Below are positions 1-8,625 of a stretch of DNA of 32,000 nt, in pieces. The stretch lies in contig NC_008312.1 in assembly GCF_000014265.1 (NCBI RefSeq), positions 7,170,001 to 7,202,000 on the forward strand, in the 5' to 3' direction. The position numbers and the translations under genes are program-made. Position 1 is the first letter of the stretch. The number at the start of each line of letters is the position of its first letter. A model generated the notes under the pieces. It ran no database searches. It was not told the DNA's origin and saw only the letters and a list, made by a program, of their open reading frames with translations. The stretch comes from Trichodesmium erythraeum IMS101 (GTDB lineage: Bacteria; Cyanobacteriota; Cyanobacteriia; Cyanobacteriales; Microcoleaceae).

Positions 1-230
1 GAATATCATGGAAAATTAGACCTCCACAGTTAATAGCTACCATTTTGTTATATATGCAATATTTTATGCTACTCTTGTGTCATACAGCAGATTCCAAGTC
101 TATGAGGTACAATTATTAATAATAATACCTTTGTATCACAGATATCTTATCGGCGAGGGCTGTACCTCACCCTTGATGAAATCTACTGTATTTTTTGATT
201 TGTGAATATTAAGAAAGCAAAATACGAGGT

Positions 231-1403
231 TTATTCTAAAGCTGCTGCTGATGTCTCTTCATCTACGATAGCTATTTCTACTGTAGTCTCAGTCTCCTCT
301 GTTTTTTGCGATGCTTCTGTTGCTAACTCTTCTGGCACTTCTAGCGCTTCTGATGTTATTACCTCTTCCGGTACTTTTAGTGCTTCTGATGTTGCTACCT
401 CTTCCGGTGCTTCTAGCGCTTCTGCTGTTGCCACCCCTTCCGGTGCTTCTGTCGCTTCTGCTATTACTCCAACTTCAGGTGTTTCTACTGCTGTTTCCCC
501 TCCCTGAGGAGCCATCATTTTTTCCCTAAACTTAGCAGCCATTTCTTCTGCTTGGTCATATACCATTTGTGGATTTTTCACCATCGCCCCTGGTTCTGGT
601 TCTAGTTGCTTTGTTGACAAAGATATACGACCTCTGTCAGCATCTAGATCGATGATCATAACTTTCAGTTCATCATTAACTTTTAGTACACTGCTAGGAG
701 TTTCTATATGGTCATGAGAAATTTCTGATATATGGAGTAGGCCACTTACTCCTCCAATATCAATAAAAGCTCCATAAGGCTTAATACCACGAACTGCGCC
801 TATCACTACTTCCCCTACCTCTAGGCGGTTCATCTTCCGCTCAACTAGGGCGCGACGATGACTTAAAACCAGACGGTTACGTTCTTCGTCTACTTCTAGG
901 AATTTTAAAGGTAATTCTTCATTAAGTAAATCTTCTTTTGGTTTGCGTGTACTAATATGTGAACCAGGAATAAATCCACGCAAACCTTCTATCCTAACTA
1001 ATGCCCCACCACGATTTGTTGCAAATACTTGTGACCGCACAGTTGCATCTTCTGCTTGTAATTGTCGGACTCTTTCCCAGGCCCGCATATATTCTATTCT
1101 TCGGATGGACAAAGTTAACTGTCCATCTTCATTTTCATCTGTGAGAATAAAAAATTCTCTTGTTTCATTAGACTGTAGAACTTCTTCAGGGTTTTCTACT
1201 CTATTAATTGACATTTCTTGGATGGGAATATAAGCAGCAGTTTTAGCTCCAATGTCAATTAATGCTCCCCTTGGTTCTAAGCTAAATACTGTCCCTGCTA
1301 CAATATCTCCAGGACTAAAGTGATAGTCATATTTATCTAGTAGGGCTGCAAAATCTTCGTGAGTAAAGCCGACTTCCTTGGCTGGTGTTTTCAAATTTGT
1401 CAT
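231..1403 (-). CDS. rpsA: 30S ribosomal protein S1 (cyanobacterial Rps1 type, three S1/OB domains) with an acidic repeat tail
   Basis: 390-aa ORF. Three S1-domain signatures are present: 'GDIVAGTVFSLEPRGALIDIGAKTAAYIP', 'VRSQVFATNRGGALVRIEGLRGFIPGSHIS' and 'GEVVIGAVRGIKPYGAFIDIGGVSGLLHISEIS'. The C-terminal ~70 aa are E/A/P/V-rich 12-aa repeats. Confidence 0.9.
   Translation of the reverse strand: MTNLKTPAKEVGFTHEDFAALLDKYDYHFSPGDIVAGTVFSLEPRGALIDIGAKTAAYIPIQEMSINRVENPEEVLQSNETREFFILTDENEDGQLTLSIRRIEYMRAWERVRQLQAEDATVRSQVFATNRGGALVRIEGLRGFIPGSHISTRKPKEDLLNEELPLKFLEVDEERNRLVLSHRRALVERKMNRLEVGEVVIGAVRGIKPYGAFIDIGGVSGLLHISEISHDHIETPSSVLKVNDELKVMIIDLDADRGRISLSTKQLEPEPGAMVKNPQMVYDQAEEMAAKFREKMMAPQGGETAVETPEVGVIAEATEAPEGVATAEALEAPEEVATSEALKVPEEVITSEALEVPEELATEASQKTEETETTVEIAIVDEETSAAALE
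325..468. repeat. Four tandem 36-bp (12-codon) repeats inside the 3' end of the S1 gene
   Basis: Units at 325-360, 361-396, 397-432 and 433-468 align by eye (plus strand, e.g. 'acctcttccggtgcttctagcgcttctgctgttgcc'). On the minus strand they encode repeats such as 'EALEAPEEVATS'. They also create the spurious plus-strand ORFs 202..507 and 311..529. Confidence 0.85.
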
Positions 1404-1461
1404 GCGTGTATTTTCTTGGGATTTCTCTCCTTAATGTTTTTTACTTGTCTTGATAGTTTCC

Positions 1462-1578
1462 CTGCTACATAAAACTGGTATAAAACGTTACAAATTGTTA
1501 CATTTTAATATTTACTTCCTGGTTCTACGGTTACTCTAAGCAGCAATATCTCCACAGGCATCAACGGTTAAGCAAACC
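1462..1578 (-). promoter_or_regulatory. Conserved ~117-nt upstream block, copy A (upstream of rps1), homologous to 5444..5560 upstream of psbB
   Basis: An ungapped hand alignment of the two blocks gives roughly 70-75% identity. Shared strings on the minus strand are 'ACCGT..CCTGTGGAG..TGCTGC..AGT.ACCGTAGAA.CAGGAAGTAAA' and 'CAGTTTTA...AGCAG'. The block ends 58 nt upstream of the rps1 start codon. Confidence 0.6.
1487..1504 (+). promoter_or_regulatory. HLR1-type direct repeat (candidate RpaB binding site) upstream of rps1
   Basis: 'GTTACAAA TT GTTACATT' matches the published HLR1 consensus (G/T)TTACA(T/A)(T/A)-N2-(G/T)TTACA(T/A)(T/A) at every position. It lies 84-101 nt upstream of the rps1 ATG. 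Confidence 0.45.
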
Positions 1579-1806
1579 GCATTTGTATACTTGTACTTTA
1601 GTAACTTATATATAATACCAATCCGGTTTGATCAGGAGATATTCACCAAATTTAACACTGTTGTATGATCAGGATTTGGTTACTTAAGTAACTAACCCAA
1701 TAATAACCGGATTTAGTATGAGACGAAACTTTCCTTTACAAGAACTATGGTTTTATAGAAAAACCAATTTTTTCGTATAATTTACGCAAGTAACTGTTAA
1801 TTTTTC

Positions 1807-2136
1807 GGCCATTAGAGCTTTTGTAAAAAATACCATTTTCCTATTTAAGGCTTGGACATTTACCTCATTTTTCTGACTTACACTCGATGTGTTAATTTAC
1901 CCTAGTGAGGTCGGAATAATTAGTAGAATGGAAATTTTACCAAGTCAAGGTTAGTTTCTATACTTCTACTTAGGCCATTAAAACTTTTGTAAAAAATACT
2001 ACTTCCCTAGTTAAGGTTTGGATATTTACTTCATTTTTTTGATCACTCTAATTGAGAACCTGACATACACTCAACGTGTTAATTTAGTCTAGTCAGGTCA
2101 AAATAATTAGTAGAATGGAAATTTTACCAAGTCAAG
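1807..2136. repeat. Imperfect two-copy tandem repeat (~145-165 bp units) in the rps1-nrdR intergenic region
   Basis: Copy 1 (1807-1949) and copy 2 (1973-2136) share long strings: 'ggccatta.a.cttttgtaaaaaatac', 'gtgttaattta' and 'aataattagtagaatggaaattttaccaagtcaag'. Copy 2 carries an ~18-bp insertion ('gatcactctaattgagaacc'). Confidence 0.8.
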
Positions 2137-2675
2137 ACAAGTTTCTAGAATTCAATTATGATTCAAAATATTTAATTTTACCACAAATCTACAATTATGA
2201 CATTAGGTACAATTTCTACCATTTGTTACTAAGTAAATTTCGAAATCTATGTTTTTGTTATATCATTTCTAAATCAAATAACTACCTTCTGTGGGAAACC
2301 TTTCGGAATGACTAGAAAGTAGACAGCAGAAGGAGACTTCGCAGCAATGTATTCCAAACAGAAAAGATACTCTGTTAACAGAGAAAAACATTTTTATTAT
2401 GACTAATTAACAATAATTAATATTATATCAGAAAAAATTATCCAACTCATGTTTCACCGTAACTAATTTCTATTTCTAACTTTCTATCTTTACATTAGGC
2501 ACAAGGCCTATTCCATAAACTATGCTATGTTTGAAATAAATTCTGAATAATATCTTGCGTATCGTGCCAACTAAATGTTAAAACTTTTTTACCATACAGT
2601 CGCTATAACTTTTAGGACATTCCCAAATTGTAAAATATAGTCAAAGCAAGAATTTAATTTATAACTTTAGCTGTT

Positions 2676-3203
2676 TTACACATTAATTACATCTTGTTGT
2701 AGAGAAATTTCAGAATTTTGTGGCACAGTCGCAGTAAACTCTAAATTCTCTTTTTGATTTTGCAGATGATTTAAGGTATCTACAAAATCTCGAATACCTT
2801 GAAATTTACGATAAACAGAAGCGAAACGGATATAGGCAACTTCACTAATGCCACTCAATTTGCTAAGAACAATTTCACCAATCTCAGCACTAGTAATTTC
2901 TCTCTGGCATTTACCTTGTAATTCAACCTCTATTTGATTGACAAAAGCTTCAAGCTGACTAACTTCAATACCAGTTTTTTCACAGGAACGAATAATACCT
3001 CGAAGTAATTTCGACTTGTCAAAAGACTCCTTTTTTCCATCCCTTTTAATTATTGTTATTGTCAGAAACTCTATTCTCTCATAAGTAGTGAAACGATGCT
3101 GGCAATTCATACATTCTCGCCGACGTCGGATGCTCTTGCCAGATTCAGCTGAACGAGATTCTAGAACACGACTATTTGTATCTTGGCAAATTGGACATAG
3201 CAT
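2676..3203 (-). CDS. nrdR: Transcriptional repressor NrdR (zinc ribbon plus ATP-cone)
   Basis: 175-aa ORF. It has the N-terminal zinc ribbon '[15 protein letters not shown]...[20 protein letters not shown]' and ATP-cone-like '[20 protein letters not shown]...[12 protein letters not shown]'. Confidence 0.9.
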   Translation of the reverse strand: MLCPICQDTNSRVLESRSAESGKSIRRRRECMNCQHRFTTYERIEFLTITIIKRDGKKESFDKSKLLRGIIRSCEKTGIEVSQLEAFVNQIEVELQGKCQREITSAEIGEIVLSKLSGISEVAYIRFASVYRKFQGIRDFVDTLNHLQNQKENLEFTATVPQNSEISLQQDVINV

Positions 3204-3357
3204 ACTTTAAATTTTTCATACAATACATGAATAAATTTCCCCTATTTGGGGTGATGGCCACTAAATACAGGTAATAGATATGAATGCTGGGATCAAACTC
3301 AGCACTCATAACTAATTAAAAAGGTAATTTGTTAGAGAGGAAACTAATCAAGAATAA

Positions 3358-3453
3358 TTACTTTCCAATCCTAGGTGGATCACGGAAGGCGATGGCAAAA
3401 AATATTACGCCTAAGGCCAAAGCTAGTACCAAAATGTAAGCTGCACTTTCCAT
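3358..3453 (-). CDS. psbT: Photosystem II reaction centre protein T (PsbT), 31 aa, absent from the ORF track
   Basis: The reverse complement translates to 'MESAAYILVLALALGVIFFAIAFRDPPRIGK*'. This closely matches cyanobacterial PsbT ('MES.AYIL......FFAIAFREPPRI.K'). It lies downstream of psbB on the same strand, as in the usual psbB-psbT arrangement. Confidence 0.9.
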   Translation of the reverse strand: MESAAYILVLALALGVIFFAIAFRDPPRIGK

Positions 3454-3507
3454 AAGCTAATTTCCTGAAAATCCAGTTCTTTATTAGTTTACCAGTTCAT
3501 AGTAAAT

Positions 3508-3561
3508 AAAAGTCCAACTAAAATACTTTGTAAATTTTTTCAAAGTAATCGTTGGACTTTT
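3508..3561 (-). terminator. Long nested stem-loop between psbB and psbT (possible attenuator, processing or stabilising hairpin)
   Basis: 'AAAAGTCCAAC-taaaa-TACTTTG-taaatttttt-CAAAGTA-atc-GTTGGACTTTT' has an 11-bp outer and a 7-bp inner perfect stem. It is followed by T-rich sequence on both strands. Confidence 0.4.
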
Positions 3562-3886
3562 ATCAAATTTTAAGATTAATTAATTGGACAACACTCAGCA
3601 CTCAGGAATCAGTAGGATAATTTTTTTTTAGATTTAGAAAAATATCTCTTGCCGTCCTAAACAATTTATCCTTTGGAGTTCTCGGGTATTTTAACCCCAA
3701 GCTGCTAAAAGATATTAACTTAATTTCGACCCAAGAGACTAGCTGTTTGTGTTTTTGGCTCTCACCGACGTGAAACCCTGAGTAAAGTGAATGAATAGTA
3801 TTCCGTTACGGAAATCCTAAAAGTTGATAACTATTTAAAGATAGTAGTTTAGCCTTGTAGCCAAACTTTAGTACTTATTTTGTTTG

Positions 3887-5413
3887 TTATGTTTCCTTCC
3901 TACGGGTACTCAAGTCACCCAGTTTTTGGAATAAACCAAACTCTACTTGTTCCTCTAGGTCTGGGTCAATACCTGCAAACACATCGCGGAATAAGGTCCG
4001 GCATCCATGCCAAATATGACCGAAGAAGAATAGGAGAGCAAAACAAGCATGACCAAAAGTAAACCAACCACGAGTACTAGTTCGGAACACACCATCAGAG
4101 CCTAAAGTTTCTTGGTCAAATTCAAAAGGTTCACCAGTTTGGGCTTTACGAGCATACTTTTTAACATCGGCTGGGTTAGTAAAGGTTTGACTATCAAGTT
4201 CACCACCCAAGAAGCTAACTGTTACCCCCCGTTCCTCAAAACTATATTTTGACTCTGAACGACGAAAAGGAATATCAGCCTTTACTACACCTTCAGAATT
4301 GGTCAAAACTACTGGGAAAGTTTCAAAAAAGTTAGGTAAGCGACGTACAAATAATTCTTCACCATCCCTATCCTCAAATATAGGATGACCAAGCCAAGCT
4401 TGAGCTAAACCATCTCCATTATTCATAGGACCAACACGGAAAAGACCGCCTTTTGCTGGACTATTACCAACGTAGTCATAAAAGGCTAATTTTTCGGGGA
4501 TAGTTAACCAAGCTTCAGAGGGAGTTTTTCCTGCTACTATTTCAGCTTGAACACGACGATCAATTTCTTGCTGAAAGTAACTATTATCCCACTGATAACG
4601 AGTAGGGCCAAATAATTCTATAGGAGTAGCTGCACAGCCATACCACATTGTACCAGCTACAACAAAAGCTGCAAAGAAAACTGCTGCAATACTACTGGAA
4701 AGAACTGTTTCAATATTACCCATCCGCAAGGCTCTGTAGAGACGTTCTGGCGGTCTTACTGATAAGTGGAATAAACCAGCAATAATTCCCACAATTCCAG
4801 CAGCAATGTGGTGAGCAACAATTCCACCAGCATTAAATGGGTTAAATCCTTCTGGTCCCCATGATGGTGCTACTGGCTGGATCGAGCCTGTTAACCCATA
4901 AGGATCTGATACCCACATTCCTGGACCAAATACTCCGGTCAAATGGAAGGCCCCAAAGCCAAAGCAAAGTAAACCAGATAAGAATAAGTGAATGCCAAAC
5001 ATTTTTGGCAGGTCTAGAGCAGGATCTCCTGTACGTTGGTCAAAGAATAAATCTAAATCCCAGAAAACCCAATGCCATACAGCAGCTAGGAATAGCAAAC
5101 CAGAAAGAACGATATGAGCTGCTGCTACACCTTCAAAAGACCAGAAACCAGGGTTTGAAGCTACTTCTCCTGTAACACTCCAACCACCCCAAGATTGGGT
5201 AACACCTAGACGGGCCATGAATGGCATAACAAACATTCCCTGACGCCACATAGGGTTTAGCACTGGATCGCTAGGATCAAAGATTGCCAGTTCATAAAGG
5301 GCCATTGATCCGGCCCAACCTGCTACAAGAGCAGTGTGCATTAAATGCACGGATATTAGTCGTCCTGGATCATTCAGAACAACTGTATGTACACGATACC
5401 AAGGTAATCCCAT
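3887..5413 (-). CDS. psbB: Photosystem II CP47 chlorophyll apoprotein
   Basis: 508-aa ORF starting '[43 protein letters not shown]', full-length CP47. Confidence 0.97.
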   Translation of the reverse strand: MGLPWYRVHTVVLNDPGRLISVHLMHTALVAGWAGSMALYELAIFDPSDPVLNPMWRQGMFVMPFMARLGVTQSWGGWSVTGEVASNPGFWSFEGVAAAHIVLSGLLFLAAVWHWVFWDLDLFFDQRTGDPALDLPKMFGIHLFLSGLLCFGFGAFHLTGVFGPGMWVSDPYGLTGSIQPVAPSWGPEGFNPFNAGGIVAHHIAAGIVGIIAGLFHLSVRPPERLYRALRMGNIETVLSSSIAAVFFAAFVVAGTMWYGCAATPIELFGPTRYQWDNSYFQQEIDRRVQAEIVAGKTPSEAWLTIPEKLAFYDYVGNSPAKGGLFRVGPMNNGDGLAQAWLGHPIFEDRDGEELFVRRLPNFFETFPVVLTNSEGVVKADIPFRRSESKYSFEERGVTVSFLGGELDSQTFTNPADVKKYARKAQTGEPFEFDQETLGSDGVFRTSTRGWFTFGHACFALLFFFGHIWHGCRTLFRDVFAGIDPDLEEQVEFGLFQKLGDLSTRRKET

Positions 5414-5443
5414 TTACTACACTCCTCCTAGAAATGATGTCTA

Positions 5444-5560
5444 CTGCTTTGTAAAACTGACACAAAGCGTTCAGTAAAGTAACTGTTTGATTTTTACTTC
5501 CTGCTTCTACGGTCACTGTCGGCAGCAGGACCTCCACAGGTAGTGACGGTCAAGCAGACC
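5444..5560 (-). promoter_or_regulatory. Conserved ~117-nt upstream block, copy B (upstream of psbB)
   Basis: See 1462..1578. The block ends 30 nt upstream of the psbB ATG. On the minus strand it contains two 'GACCGT' direct repeats 37 nt apart, the same spacing as the 'AACCGT' pair in copy A. Confidence 0.6.
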
Positions 5561-6049
5561 ATACCAATATTTCTGAAAACTTTTTTCTTTTGCTTGTTAT
5601 GCTCTCCGAAAAATAAATCGTCCCAAACATTAGTCCTATTATCAAGATTATTTCGGACAACAATATGGCCAAACTTACTAGATGAGGGCATAAAAATTAA
5701 TACTTTTTCAAGAATTGTATAAAGTTTTGAAGTTAATAGCAAGTGAATTGAAAAAGCATTTAGGGCACGGACATTGGTAAATCCTGTTTGCAGAGTATGG
5801 ACCTATGGCAGTTTAAGTGCTTATGGCTTTATGGTTGTGTCCATCTCTAATCAGAAGATACCAATTAATAGAGTGTTGGTTGACAAAGTTTGGGTCAGAG
5901 ATACTTGGCAATTGATATTTCGTTTTAATCGTAAAATTTTAGCCTACAGTGTTTGTGTTTGGTTAAATAATCATGGCCATTTTCCTTTAAGGTTTGAATA
6001 AATTGTTAGTTAATAAGTTTTACATTACGTAATACTTAATATTTTTCAC

Positions 6050-6080
6050 AAAAAAACCCCCTACTAAAAGCAGGAGGTTT
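6050..6080 (-). terminator. Rho-independent terminator downstream of psaB
   Basis: The minus strand reads 'AAACCUCCUGCU-uuu-AGUAGGGGG-UUUUUUU'. This is a ~9-bp stem (with G-U pairs) followed by a 7-U run, 47 nt after the psaB stop. Confidence 0.7.
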
Positions 6081-6126
6081 AACTTAATCTAACCTACTAA
6101 AAAAGAGTTCAGCTAGTCTCTAAAAA

Positions 6127-8343
6127 TTAACCAAACTTACCAGCAGTAGAAGCTATCAAAAATGCGGCGTAAGTCAGAACATAGCCAATAGTAAAGTGAG
6201 CTAAGCCAACAACACGAGCTTGAACAATAGAAAGAGCAACAGGCTTATCTTTCCAGCGAACCAAGTTAGCTAGAGGAGTACGCTCATGTGCCCAAACAAT
6301 AGTTTCGATTAGCTCTTGCCAGTAACCACGCCAAGAGATGAGGAACATGAAACCAGTTGCCCAAACTAGGTGTCCGAATAAGAACATCCAAGCCCAAACA
6401 GACAAGTTACTAGTTCCATAAGGGTTATAACCGTTAATTAACTGGGAAGAGTTCAACCACAGATAATCACGCAACCAACCCATCAAATAAGTAGAAGATT
6501 GATTAAACTGAGCCAAGTTCTCTTGCCATACAGACAAGTTTTTCCAGTGCCAGTAAAATGTTACCCAACCAATGGTGTTTAACATCCAGAACATAGCTAG
6601 ATAGAAGGAGTCCCAAGCAGAGATATCGCAAGTACCACCACGACCAGGGCCATCACAAGGGAATGCATAACCGAAGTCTTTCTTGTCTGGCATTAACTTA
6701 GAACCACGAGCATCCAATGCACCTTTAACCAAAATTAAAGTTGTTGTATGCAAACCTAGAGCAATGGCATGGTGAACCAAGAAATCTCCGGGTCCAATGG
6801 TTAAAAACAGAGAATTTGTACCACTATTGATAGCTTCTAACCAATTTGGTAACCATACAGCACCAGCAGTGGAAGCAAGACTATCAGAGTTAGATAACAG
6901 AACATCCATGCCATATAAAGCCTTCCCGGAAGCAGCCTGAACGAACTGAGCAAATACCGGTTCAATCAAGATTTGCTTTTCAGGAGTGCCGAAAGCTACC
7001 ATTACATCATTATGGACATAAAGACCTAGAGTATGGAATCCTAAGAATAAAGAAACCCAACTCAAGTGAGATATGATAGCCTCTTTGTGATTCAAGACAC
7101 GATCGAGAACATTACCTTTATTTTGCTCAGGATCGTAATCCCGTACTAGGAAAATCGCACCATGAGCAAATGCACCTACCATAATGAAACCAGCAATATA
7201 CTGATGGTGGGTGTAAAGTGCTGCCATTGTAGTGTAATCCCTTGCCATAAAAGCATAAGGAGGCAGAGCATACATGTGCTGTGCTACCAAGGAAGTAATT
7301 ACACCAAGAGAAGCTAGAGCTAATGCTAACTGGAAATGTAGAGAGTTATTTAGAGTTTCATATAACCCTTGGTGAGGCAAGTTAAACTGACCTTGACTTT
7401 TTCCACCAATTAAACCAGCTTTGGAATCAAGCATTTCTTTGATACTGTGACCAATACCAAAGTTAGTGCGGTACATATGACCAGCAATTATGAAGATAAC
7501 TGCGATCGCCAAGTGGTGATGAGCCATATCAGTCAACCACAGGGACTCAGTTTGAGGATGGAAACCACCCAAGAAAGTCAAAATTGCAGTTCCCGCACCT
7601 TCAGAAGTACCAAACACATGGTTAACGGTATCAGGATTTTGAGCATAAACGCCCCAATTTCCTGTAAAGAAGGGACCTAAACCTGCTGGGTGAGGCATAG
7701 TCGTCAGGAAGTTATCCCAACCAACGTGCTGTCCACGAGATTCAGGAATTGCAACGTGAACCAAGTGACCAGTCCAAGCTAAGGAACTAACACCGAATAG
7801 ACCTGCCAAATGGTGATTGAGGCGGGACTCAGCATTTTTGAACCATGCTAGGCTAGGACTAAACTTAGGCTGGAGGTGTAACCAACCAGCAAACAGCATG
7901 ATGGATGCTAATATCAGGAGAAAAATAGAACCCTGATATAAGTCTCCATTTGTTCTCATGCCGATAGTGTACCACCAATGGTAAACACCAGAATAGGCTA
8001 TATTTACTGGATTAGAGGCTCCAGCTTGGGTGAAGGCATCTACGGCCTCTTGACCAAATTGAGGATCCCAAATCGCATGAGCGATGGGACGTACATTCAG
8101 AGGATCTTTAATCCACTGTTCAAAGTTTCCTTGCCAAGCCACGTGGAAGAGGCTACCAGAAGTCCAGAGGAAAATGATTGCTAGATGGCCAAAGTGAGAA
8201 GCAAAAATCTTTTGATAAAGATTTTCCTCTGTCATGCCATCGTGGGTTTCAAAGTCATGGGCTGTAGCAATTCCATACCAGATCCGACGGGTGGTTGGAT
8301 CTTGTGCCAGGTCTTGGCTAAATTTTGGGAATTTTGTTGCCAT
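6127..8343 (-). CDS. psaB: Photosystem I P700 apoprotein A2
   Basis: 738-aa ORF starting '[53 protein letters not shown]'. It carries the Fx-binding '[18 protein letters not shown]'. Confidence 0.97.
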
Positions 8344-8569
8344 AGATCTTTATATCTAAGTCTCGCAGATATTTAAGAGAATTTAGATTGAATTAGGGTT
8401 TTGCCACCGTTAAATCGTAAAAGGTATAATGGTATTTTTCTCAATCTCACTGATAGTAGCTTTCTGCCTCAATAGCTCAGGAATATCTAAGCTTGGACAA
8501 GCAGTAAGGATGAGACCCACGCCGTTTTTTACTAGTACTTTATAACGGGAGACCCCTTGAAAGATTAAG

Positions 8570-8598
8570 TTGGGGATTGAGGATAAGTCAATCCCCAA
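8570..8598 (-). other. Perfect 11-bp-stem hairpin in the 282-nt psaA-psaB spacer
   Basis: 'TTGGGGATTGA-cttatcc-TCAATCCCCAA' has exactly complementary arms. Confidence 0.6.
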
Positions 8599-8625
8599 GG
8601 AAGAATCTTAATATGCTATTGCATT

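Noticed and set aside
1-50. Possible third copy of the rps1/psbB upstream block at the window edge
   Set aside because: Only the 11-mer 'gacctccacag' (20-30) matches, the flanks diverge, and the window cuts the region. It is mentioned in the finding but not called as a feature.
202-529. Plus-strand ORFs 202..507 (S/A/T-rich) and 311..529 (poly-Leu)
   Set aside because: They lie antisense to the rps1 3' end. Their low-complexity translations are a by-product of the 36-bp tandem repeats.
943-1233. ORF 943..1233 (+)
   Set aside because: It lies entirely antisense within the well-supported S1 gene and has no recognisable motifs.
3880-5175. Plus-strand ORFs 3880..4062 and 4861..5175
   Set aside because: They lie antisense inside psbB.
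5494-6001. ORFs 5494..5742 (-) and 5774..6001 (+) between psbB and psaB
   Set aside because: - The first runs through the conserved non-coding block upstream of psbB and has odd composition.
- The second has no motifs and sits in the psaB-psbB intergenic region.
- Neither looks like a small photosystem subunit.
7447-8376. Plus-strand ORFs 7447..7680, 7978..8184 and 8185..8376
   Set aside because: They lie antisense inside psaB or overlap its start.
8410-8598. ORF 8410..8598 (-) in the psaA-psaB spacer
   Set aside because: - It has no start context or motif.
- It is largely built from the hairpin and repeat sequences of the spacer.
- The psaA-psaB spacers I know of carry no gene.
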